From contig NC_068984.1 in NCBI RefSeq assembly GCF_001194135.2, forward strand, positions 41,628,136 through 41,692,135: a stretch of 64,000 nucleotides of DNA, read 5' to 3'. The DNA is from Octopus bimaculoides. Lineage: Eukaryota. Each line of letters starts with the position of its first letter. Positions within the stretch are counted from its first letter, which is position 1. Positions 1-11,700 of this stretch are shown piece by piece. The translations under genes were made by a program, and so were the position numbers. Under the pieces are notes generated by a model. It worked only from the letters and a program-made list of their open reading frames with translations, made no database searches and had not been told where the DNA came from.

Positions 1-157
1 TATATATATATATATATGTATATGTTTGTGTGTATGTGTTTGTCCCCCCCCCCCCAACAACACTTGACAACTCATGCTGGTGTGTTTACGTCCCCGTCAC
101 TTAGTGGTTTGGCATGAGGGACCGATAGAATAAATACTAGGCTTACAAAGAATAAGT
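1..157 (+). mobile_element. 3' part of the same SINE family as 37732-38134
   Basis: gctggtgtgtttacgtccccgt...tactaggcttacaaagaataagt shared. Confidence 0.8.
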
Positions 158-922
158 AATGGGAATGATAAATTCTGCTTTGTAAAAATCTAACAATACA
201 AAAGTATTTACATTATTCATTGGTGGCACAGTTCTCTTGTCATTAATCTCTTCAAGAGGAAATAATGTAACAAAATGATTTTTGACATGATTTGGAAATG
301 TAATTTATGTACACTTGCCTATAAAATATGAGAAAATGTATTATATTTGATATCTTTGAAAATTTGAAAATTATATCATATTAACAATGCAGTTGGTTAT
401 GATGTAAACAAAAATTTACCTCATGAATATTGTAGAGTTAATCAAATAATAAGATAAAGATATAAGAAGCTACTTTTGAAAACCTCTTCACATAACATTG
501 ATTGGACAAAAAATATATTTGAAAATGTGTCATTAACTTAAATTACTAAGCATATTTTTATACTATCCTCTAGTAACAAATAGTATGTAGAGGTGACCTT
601 GTCAAGTGGATAATCAGGTTGATCTGGCACAAATAGAATTTCTTATTGGCTTGTTGTAGGGAATAGGTAGCAAATCATTTGGGAATATTACTTGAAATAA
701 CTTTCTCCTAAATAGGATGTCTGTATATTTCATCATCACACAATGAATCTGGATTTAAGTACTGACTCTTTGAAGTATTTGGGTCTTGGCAGACATCTAT
801 TTTGCTTTTATTAAACTGCATAAATTGTATTAAAGAAAACAATACTTTTCTCTGAAATAAGAAAGGAAATTTTCAAAATTTGTGTATCGTACATACATAT
901 GTGCATGTTTCTGTTTGTGCCT

Positions 923-978
<56 letters not shown>

Positions 979-1036
979 TTATGTGCATACTTAAGTATGA
1001 AAAATTACTGATGGAAACTGTTTCTATTTATTTCAG

Positions 1037-1212
1037 TATGTGGTGGTCAATTTAGAGTAAGAAAGAGAATTACAATCTATTCTCATTATGGCTCTGGTAT
1101 GAAAGACTGTCAATGGCTTTTCATTACTCATTGGCGAAAAAGATTGGTAGTAAGCTTCACAGGGAGTTTCTACTTTGCTTCCAGTGAAAACTGTTCTAGA
1201 AATTACATACAG
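1037..1212 (+). CDS. CUBN: CUBN window exon 1 (CUB15 N-half)
   Basis: tttcag|TA TGT GGT GGT ... ATA CAG|gtatag; CGGQFRVRKR...DCQWLF...ENCSRNYIQ; phase 1 to 0; missed by the ORF track. Confidence 0.85.
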
Positions 1213-4200
1213 GTATAGTAATCTTAATGTATATCATTTTCATTTTAACAATACATATATATATATATGTATATATATAGTAATAATCACAAATAATTCT
1301 TAGATGGAATTTTCCACAAATCACATGTCTCTTAAGATCACAGTCCGTATTCCTGGGATGATTACAGTGTAGTCCATAGTATCCATGGGCATCGTGTTGA
1401 TCATTTTCATGGATTCATTTCTTCAAGAGATATAACAATTAATGAATGTTTAACAGAGGGATGTTATGTCTCTTGAAGAAATGAATCCATGAAAATGATC
1501 AACATGATGCCCATGGATACTATGGACTACACTGTAATCCTCCCAGGAATACGGATTGTGGTCTTAAGAGACATGTGATTTGTGGAAATGCATGTAGCGA
1601 TGCATTAAATGTTTATTAATTCCATCCAAGAATTATTATTATTATTACTATTTTTATCCTATATTTTATTGGTACAACTTGATGCAACCCCCAAAAAACT
1701 GGTTCACCAGTCAGCATTATTAGATTGTGGCCTGTATAAGGGAATAGGAGCTTTATTTGCATATTCAAAATGTTTCCCGTAAACAAATTTAAAAGATATA
1801 TATATATATACATGTAAATTGGTCAGTTGTCCACAAGTCAGAAAAGAAAAAAAAACAGAACTAAAAGAAAGTTTAAGCAGTTATATTTTATGCAGTTGAG
1901 TAGTATATCTTTTGAGTAGCATATAACTGGTTTTACATCTACTATTTCCAAGTGCAATAGTAGTCATGAATGGTAATAATAATGATAATAATAATCATAT
2001 TAGTAATGATAATATGAACTATAGTATTACGGAACTACTTGTGTTTATATTTAATGAATCTTAAGTATCAAGTTTGAACTGGAAAAAACATGTGTACTTC
2101 AAATATATCATATCTTAACATAGAGGAGAATCCTTTCTCAACATCTAATATTGACATTAGAAGGAGTTGGAAATCATTGGATGGAAAATCTCTCAATAAT
2201 CTGTAATGTAATTTTAAAAATTGTCATTTATGTCCATTAGATGATCAATGTTTAAAAAAATAATTTGTAAATGTTCAATAACAAGAGAATGTACTTTTAT
2301 ATTGGTGCTTGTGCAACTAATTTTAAGTCATTATTATATAATCATGCTTCTTTGTTTAAATATAGAAATAGAGAAAATTCCACTCCTTTAAGTCTATTTG
2401 TCTGGAGTTTCAAAGAGTGGAACATTAGGTACAATATTGAATAGTCTATAATAAGTAGTGCACTACTGCAGAATAAGGGGTGGGGGACTAAAGCACAACT
2501 TATGCTTTGAGGAAATGCTGCATATCCTCACATCCAAATCTAACATTTTGAACAAAAGAAATGAATTAATGTTAAGATGTACATATTTGCTTAGAATAAC
2601 CCTTAAAACCTTCTCAAATAAATAGAGTACTGGTTCCTACAGTTTGATGCCCTTCCTAACATCAAACACTTTACATAATGTGCTGAGTGCCTTTTACATG
2701 GCACTGGCACCTTGCAAAATAAAAAATAAAAAGTCAAAGTGACTGATGTTAGGAAGGGCAACCAATTGTAGAAACCACGCCAGAACAAATAGTGGAGACT
2801 GGTAGAGCTCCTCTCGAACCATTCAACCTATGCCAGCATGGAAAACAGGCATTAAATGATGAGGATGATGATGATGATGATATATACATGCATATTTTAC
2901 AGACAAGAAAGTAAATTTTTAATGCAGTAAAACTGTAAGAACAACAGAAAAAGGTTCGATATTTATCCATGTAGATACATGAATTACTCAGTTAAAAGAA
3001 AAGAAGAGTTAGTTAGAGAGTAAGATATAATAAAGAGAATGATAGTGAGAGAGATCTGGTGAAGATGTGGTGAGTCATGCCCCCTAAGGCCTTTGTGGGT
3101 GATGAGAATAGGTGAAGTGATACAGAGATTTGAACTGGATGAGTGGGCAGGACAGAGATGACTATAGCAAATGATGGAGAGAAACCTAGGAGAGGCTCGA
3201 GAGGCAGGGTAGCAGGAGACATAAGGGTATTATGGGTGATAGCAAGATGTTAATGATAGAGAATGGTACAGAGGATGGGGTGAGAAGTTGCAGAAAGGAG
3301 ATGATTGGTGGAGACAGTAGGTGGAGGAAGATAATGGAAGTGGTTTGGGGTGAAGAAGAAAGATAACTGAGAAACAGGAGGATGTAGTATGTGCCAGTTC
3401 TGTTCTCAGGTGATAGGGAAGTTATGGGTGTTAGGGTATGGAGTGTGTGTGGGGGCGGGGTATAAGAATGACAGGGTTAAACATCTCATGAACAAGCATT
3501 ACCAAGGTGGTTTTAAGGCACCAGATATCTTGGTCCTTTGTTATTGCCTTTGAAAGACTCAGTGTTCTCTGGTGAGAATGAAATCAGTCTGGCTAGCAGT
3601 CACCTGATTTATAGTTTATCAGTTTGCTGGCTGGTTTCCTGAAGTTGGTGTTGCAGATCAATAGGTTATTTGCATCACAGAATTCCAGGAACCTAGTTTC
3701 CTCATAATTTCAGGAGCCAATTCCATGGCCCCCATGTACATCATGGAAGATACCAGGTTGCTGTCTAACATACCCATTAAAATCTCCAGCCACAAAGATG
3801 AGATCATTGTCACTCGTCTGTGAGGTAGCCTGCAAAAGAATATCATAAAAGTGATCCTTCTGTTCATTTGGTAGGACCACTTGTGGGGCATAGGTAGAGA
3901 TAATTGTAGCTATACTATTCTGCAAGACTAGCCTGAGTTTAAGCACTCTATTGCACATCCTGACTACCTTTATGACCTTATCCACACATTTCTCTGCAAG
4001 AAATATGTCTACACCCCCTACTCTGTCACTGTTACCTTCCCAGAAGAGTTTATACCTATGTGCTTTGCCTGTGAGGACCCTATTCATAGTATATTATGTT
4101 ATATTATAATATAAATAAATTATTAGATTGTCACTTGAATCTCTCTAAATTCGACGACTGGCACCCATTGGACACGAAACTCGGCTTGCGAAGACTTGTT

Positions 4201-4677
4201 GAGGCAAGTGAAAGCGAAATCATGATGGTACCTGTGCCCTGGCACTTGTGCCGGTGGCACGTGTAAAGACATTCGAGCGAGATCGTTGCCAGTACTGCTG
4301 GACTGGCTCCTGTGCAGGTGGCACGTAAAAGACACCATTTCGAGTGTGGCCGTTGCTAGTACCGCCTGACTGGCCTTCGTGCTGGTGGCACGTAAAAATT
4401 ACCCACTACACTCTCGGAGTGGTTGGCGTTAGGAAGGGCATCCAGCTGTAGAAACTCTGCCAAATCAGATTGGAGCCTGGTGTAGCCACCTGGTTCACCA
4501 GTCCTCAGTCAAATCGTCCAACCCATGCTAGCATGGAAAGCGGACGTTAAACGATGATGATGATGATGTTTGTAATTTGCATTATACCTCCATTTCTGTG
4601 GTATTCAACTGATGTACCAGTGAATTGGATGTTTTACACACCCCTTTGAAGGAATTTCTTTCCTTAGTTTGTTATTT

Positions 4678-4713
<36 letters not shown>

Positions 4714-5695
4714 TATATATATTAAATCTGTTTTGCAGCTATTAAATGGTAGACTGTCCAATAGCCCAGCTCTTGGTAATGCTACAGATGGAAAATATTG
4801 TGGATATACTTCTCCTGCCAAAATGGTTACCTCAGGGAGACACCTTTACATAAATGTTTCTGCTGCAAGCGACCCTTTATTTACATTAGTAGTACATACA
4901 TATAATGGTGATTGTGGAGGTCATCGGTATATTGATAGTTCTGGAGTTGGTTACCTCCAGTCCCCTAATTATCCTAAAAACTATCCAGTTTATACCGAAT
5001 GTGAATGGATCATAAATGCTCCACCTATGAAAAGAATTCAAATTGACTTTGTTGATGATATCAGCATTGGTTACTACCATGGGTAAGTAAATATCTCTGT
5101 TTTCCTTATTCTGTATGTCTATGATTGTCTTTGTGTGTGTGTGTGCATGTGCGTGCGTGCGTGCGTGTGTGTGTGTGTGTGTGTTTTCGTGCAGAAAACT
5201 GACTATAGTGCTACTAAAAAATGAATATTACTTGTATATGCATGCAAGCACACAGACAGACAGAAGCATCTTCTTATATTGCTACAAGGACACTAATTTT
5301 CAGACAAGTTTGATTTGACCAACCTTAGATCATGTCCAGCATTCATTTTATCAATTTTAATGATATCAAAGATAATGTTGACTTTTGTGTTAGCTTTGTT
5401 CATCTGTTTTTCTCTACAGAACTATGTAGGAAGAAGAGAGAGTGATCAGATAGAGTTAGGGTGATAAAAGTAAAGAGTTGATAGAAAGAGTAATTGAAGA
5501 GAGTGAGAGAGAAAACTAAGAGAGAATAAAAATGGTGTTTGTTAAAATGAATAATAGAGCAATGAAAGAAATGGAATGAGAGTGACTGGACATAGTGAGA
5601 ATGAAAGATGTTAATAATGAGTGATAGAGGGGAAAATAATGGAAGAAAAAGAAAGTGACAGGGGAGAGAGAGAGAGAGGGAGGGAGGAGAGTTGG

Positions 5696-5774
<79 letters not shown>

Positions 5775-8700
5775 TGAAGGATAACTATAGAGATGGGTGA
5801 TAGTAGCAAAGATTGAATATGAACAGATCCAATGTGTCACCTTCTGCTGTTTCACAGATGGTGGATTGGAAAGACTGTTATGAGCAAATGGCAAGAGAAT
5901 CTCAAGTGAAAATATTAGACCAATCTCCATAACCACCACCATCATCATTTTGCAGACATTGTTATTTCCTTCATGATGTCCATCCTTCTGAGTTCATTCT
6001 TCAATTTTTCCCATCTCTCTTGTCCTCAGGTTCTGTCCACTTGGAGCAGTTGACACAGTTGAAATGTTTCATATGCATCACATACCTGTTCCAGCATAAT
6101 CTTCTTTCTTATACTCTACATCTGATTCCTCTATATCCAGTTTTCTCTCAGCTCATTTGGGCTGCACTGCTCATGCACACTAACATTACACATTCAGCAC
6201 ATCATACTTTACAAAGCTTCCACCTATTTCTCATAGCTTATGTCTCACTACTATTGCAACATTGCACTTTGCACACAAGCATTTGAGAAAGAGAAATCCT
6301 TTGTTGCCAGCAGAAATAATAACTTCCAGCGTTCTTACTTTTCCATTCTTACATGTGGAACACACAGCTCTACTGCTGATTAGGCTATCTATGTACACAA
6401 GTTATCAACTATTTCTGGGAAGTCTCTGAGCATTTGAAGAAATCTTGAATGTGGTTTCTAACAGCTAACTACACCTGTTCATTTGTCACATGCAAAGTTT
6501 TCTTTCTCTATCAATCTGCATGTGATTACACTGTGCCTCTTGTGTGTTCATAGAATACACCTTATGAAATTTTTACCTTCTCTGGTTTCTCATTTCAAGC
6601 ATTTTCACAATGACATATGGTTCCTGTGTTCTTTTTTGCTAACTGAAACTTACTAGACTTTGTTAGATTTACTTTGAAGTTTCTTTATTCTAGTTATTGT
6701 TTCCAAATTTGGGATTTCTTCTCTAAACCTACAGAGTCAGCTATGGAATCTAAGTCAGCAGCATACAGTTCTCAAGAGCAGTCAGTTTTAAATATCTTGG
6801 TTGCCTAGAAGACTGTAATAGACAGACCGTGGCTGAGAACTGAATCACGAGGGATACCAACCTTGTATGCTAAATCCCTTGCTGAATATGTTAACCCTCA
6901 CTTTGCTGATGATATCACTGTACATGGCTTGCATGGCTCTCAAAAACTATCCATCCATTCCTGGTTTCATGTGATTAAAGACTGTGGAACCCTGTAAAAT
7001 GCCTTCTTCATGTCAATGAATGATAGGTCCACTAGTGAACTTTTGGCTAAGTACTTCTGTAGTTGTCTTGCCAGGAAGTGTAGTACTTCTTCCTAGCACA
7101 AATATTAACTTCATTTCATCTGAGCCAATTATCTTTCTAACTAGTTGTCATATAACTCGTTCAGTAGCTTTCATTACCTGTTCTATCAATTTGATGCCTC
7201 TATAGTTAACTTTCTCTAGTGCGTCTCCTTTGCCCTTGTAGCCATTAAGAACAACCAAGCACCATAATCACTATACCCTCTGGCTCAGCTCACTCACTTT
7301 CATATTGCATATATGACTGCATAGCTGTCAACTTCACCAGTTGTTACCTCTATTAGGTCTGCTTGGAGTATTTCACTTTTCTCCATATATTCTCCGCATT
7401 CAACAACCTCTCATAGTAGCACTTTTATTTATTTCTTCCCATTTCAATTCCATTTGGACATTTATTTCTTAACTTTAATAGCTTTTGTTTTTGATAATCC
7501 ACCAAGTGTTCTTATTACAAATATTACTAATGTGATCATAAGTTAGCAATCTGTTATCAAAATTAGATTTGCATATTCTTTTCTTTCAGATATGGATGCT
7601 CAGAATTTATTGAGTTCTATGATGGTGGCACAAGGCGTTCACCTAGGATCAGTAGATTATGTGGCCAGAAAAACATTACACATACTATTTTCTCTCAAAG
7701 CAGTGTAATGTTAGTGCGATTTCGTACACGCTATAGATCCAAAAAGGGCTTTAAGCTCAAATATTCAATAGGTATATTCATTTCTTTTCTTATATTGTTC
7801 TTTGTGCTCTTGCTGCTCTTTTAGTCTATCAATATTTGCTATCTGTATATTTTATTTGTAAGTGGAGGCACAATGGCCCAGTGGTTAGGGCAGTGGACTC
7901 GCGGTCATAGGATCGCGGTTTCGATTCCCAGACCGGGCGTTGTGAGTGTTTATTGAGCGAAAACACCTAAAGCTCCACGATGCTCCGGCAGGGGATGGTG
8001 GCGAACCCTGCTGTACTCTTTCACCACAACTTTCTCTCACTCTTACTTCCTGTTTCTGCTGTACCTGTATTTCGAAGGCGCCAGCCTTGTCACACTGTGT
8101 CACGCTGAATATCCCCGAGAACTACGTTAAGGGTACACGTGTCTGTGGAGTGCTCAGCCACTTGCACGTTAATTTCATGAGCAGGCTGTTCCGTTGATCG
8201 GATCAAATGGAATCCTCAACATCGTAAGCGACGGAGTGCCAACAACAACAACAATTTTATTTGTAACTATCAGTAAATTACTGGCTGGAGAGTCTATAAA
8301 AAACAGCCATCCAGTTGATACTTATAAAGTAAGTAGCAGTTGACACTTGCAAATTAGACATTTTCAGAAAAGTAATTGTATTTGAGCCAATTGGCGAGCT
8401 TCTATATAGCCAATCAACTTACCATAATTAGTAGCTAAATCTCCCTTAAATCTTACCTTACCATCTTAAAAACAGGAAGCCACATTGGCTGATGTAGTCT
8501 TAGATACACTGTCTGAAACAAAAGTTGGTGTTATCACATCTTGAATACTTTTGATCATAGGCATACTTGATCAGGGCAGAGTTTAGCAAAAGACAAAAAA
8601 AAAAAAACAATAGCTATATGTTTAAATGGTATATTTACATATAAATATATATTTCAATTATTTGAATGAGAGGATAAATTGCTAGTGTACTAATGACATG

Positions 8701-11700
8701 GTTTTAAGTTCAATCTTACTGTTGTCATTGTGTTATGTCTCTAATTCTATCTTGGTTCAGTTTGCTTAAAACAAAAAAACAAAAATTTCCATTTGGTATT
8801 TCATAATTACATTGGGTAATACATGAAGGTGTCCAACCATTGCTCCCTTAATAAATCATCCCATCTCTGAAAGCACAGAAAAAGGGATGAAAAACAAAGA
8901 AAATGAAATAAAAGAAATATTTGTAGAGATGTGATAAATTGGTTATGTTTGTTTTGCTTATTGTACTGTATTACAACTTTAGGTAAGGTAAACTTTTCCA
9001 GCATCTGTTTTTCTGGTTGTATAACAAATTTAAAAAAAAAATGCTAAGCACTGAAATGACCAGTAGCTAAATAGGTTACAGTTCTGTGATCAGACGTAAT
9101 TAGGAGTTTAAATAAATAAATAAATAATCATTTTAAAGGAAACTATGTTAAACATTGCTGTATTTCAGTTGAAGCCATGTTTCTTGATTTTCTTATTAAT
9201 AAATACATGCACTATTATTTGTTCTCTTGTTATTTTAGTCTGCTAATGTTTTCATCAGTCTTTCATAACACCCTTATAAACTGCTTTCAAATCTCTGTTT
9301 TAGCAAAGTGTGGTGGTACATTTAATGTTGAACATGGCCACATCAAGAGTGAAAATTATCCTCAAAATTACGAAAATAATGTAAATTGTGAGTGGGCAAT
9401 AAGGCTTGTTCCTCGTTATTATATTACTCTGGACTTTGAAGATTTTAAGCTGCAAACATCTCCAAACTGTTCAGCAGATTATTTATATATATATGAAAAG
9501 ATACCAGAAGGTAAGTGAAATTAATGCTTCATACATTGACATCAATTTTTTTGTATGCTTAGAAGAAATTTTTTTTATTACATTTTGTAATCTATGAAGC
9601 TAGGATGAATATTAGATCAATTAATTCTTGAAGATTATCTCCTAATATAATAATGAGCATTGTCATCATCATCATCATCATCGTCATCGTTTAACATCTG
9701 CTTTCTGTGCTGGCATGGGTTGGATGGTTTGACTGAGGGCTGGCAAGCCAGAAGGCTGCACCAGGCTCCAATCTGATCTGGCAAAGTTTCTACAGTTGGA
9801 TGTTCTTCCTAATGCCAATCACTCCGAGAGTGTAGTGGGTGCTTTTTACGTGCCACAGGCATGAGGGCCAGTCAGGCGGTACTAGTATCGACCACGCTTG
9901 AATGGTGCTTTTTACATGTCATGGGCATGGGACCAGTCAGGCGGTACTGGTATCGACCACACACAAAGGGTGTTTTTTACGTGCCACCGGCACAGGTGCC
10001 AATTAGGCAGTACTGTCATCGGCCACGACAATGACTTTACTTGATTCAACAGGTCTTCGCAAGTGCAGTTTATTGCCCAATGATTGAAGGGTATTCTTAA
10101 ATGGGCAGGTTATGCTGCACTGGTATAGGCCACTTGGCTTGCTGGGTCTTCTCAATCACAGCATATCTCCAAAGATCTCAGTCACTTGTCATCGCCTCCG
10201 TGAGGCCCAACATTCAAAGGTCGTACTTCACCACCTCATCCCAGGTCTTCCTGGGTCTACCTCTTCCACAGGTTCCCTCGACTGCTAGGGTGTGAAACTT
10301 TTTCACACAGCTGTCCTTATCTATATGCAATATATGCCCATACTAGTGCAGTCATCTCTCTTGCACACCACATCTGATGCTTCTTATGTCCAAATTTTCT
10401 CTCAGAGCGCTTACACTCTGTTGTGTATGCATACTGATATTACACATCCAGCAGAGCATACAAGCTTCAATCCTTGCAAGCTTATGCATGTCCTCAGCAG
10501 TCACTGCCCATATTTCACTGCCATGTAGCATGGCTGTTCGCACACATGCATCATACAGTCTACCTTTTACTCTGAGTGAGAAGCCCTTTCTCACCAGCAG
10601 AGGTAGGAGCTCTCTGAACTTTGCCCAGGATATTCTTATTCTAGCAGCTACACTCTCAGAGCATCCATCCCCTGCTACTGACTTGGTTACCTAGGTAACT
10701 CTAAGGCCCTTTGATTCTAGACCTTGCTTCCATACCTGAAACTTCTCTAGTTCTCATAGTGCTTCAGCTGTAAAAACAAGATCATCAGTGTAGAGTAGCT
10801 CCCAGGGTCCGCCTGTATTAAATTCCTCTGTAATTGCCTGGAGGACTCTGATGAACAAGATGGAGAAGAGGACTGGTCCTTGTTAAACCCCTGCTTGGTG
10901 AACTCCTACTTGTACTAACCCTCACCCTACTGGTAGCGTCCCTGTACATGGCTTGTACACCTCTCACCAACCACTCATCTATCCCTAGTTTCTACAGTGA
11001 CCACCAGCTAAGGGGTCAAGGGACCTTGTCAAAGGCTTTCTCCAAGTCAACAAAAGCCAAGTACAGAAGTTTATCTTTGGCTAGGTATTTCTCCTGCAGC
11101 TGCCTTACCAGAAATATAGCATCAGTGGTGCTTCTCCCTGGCACAAAACCAAACTGCATCTCATCTAGACTAACTCTCTCCCTAATTAGTTGGGCTATGA
11201 CTGTCTCAGTAACTTCCATTACCTGATCCAACAATTTGATACCTCTAATTATTTCTATCTAAGGCATCACCTTTGCCTTTGTAGAAGTTGACTATGGTGC
11301 TGTTACACCAGTCATTGGGTATGATTCCTTCTTGAACCACCTGATTTACAGTATGGGTGACTAGACCATAACCCACACTCCTAGATATTTCAAGCACTTC
11401 AGTGATGATTCCTGATGGGCCATGGGCTTTCTTCATCTTCATATCCTTAATTGCTTTATCTACCAGGGTACAGTTCATTCAGATAACTGGTCTCTCAATT
11501 GGGTCAACATTTGGCAGACTGTACTCCTCCATTTCCTTCTCCATGCTCAGCAGTCTTTCATAATGGCATTTCCAAGCCTCTTTCTTTGCAGAATCATTAA
11601 AAGCAAGTGCACCATCATCCATGCAGACACATTTCTCTCCTATGACATCACAATTTTCTCTCATACACTGTCTTGCAATCTGAAACACTTCAAGTCTTTG

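Noticed and set aside
1052-1143. Possible furin sites RVRKR and WRKR in CUB15
   Set aside because: Neither has Arg at P4 (R-X-K/R-R); they are only dibasic sites.
5400-5948. Long ORFs with SLSLSL runs (also 50527-50788 poly-N/D/I and 58548-58888)
   Set aside because: Translations of microsatellites, with no splice or domain support.
7865-7935. tRNA-Arg-like sequence
   Set aside because: Acceptor stem does not pair, and it continues into a SINE body with a tail and TSD.
9177-9303. ATG-initiated extensions of exon ORFs in the ORF track (e.g. 9177, 15680, 35979, 51440)
   Set aside because: Intronic read-through upstream of clear acceptors; not real starts.
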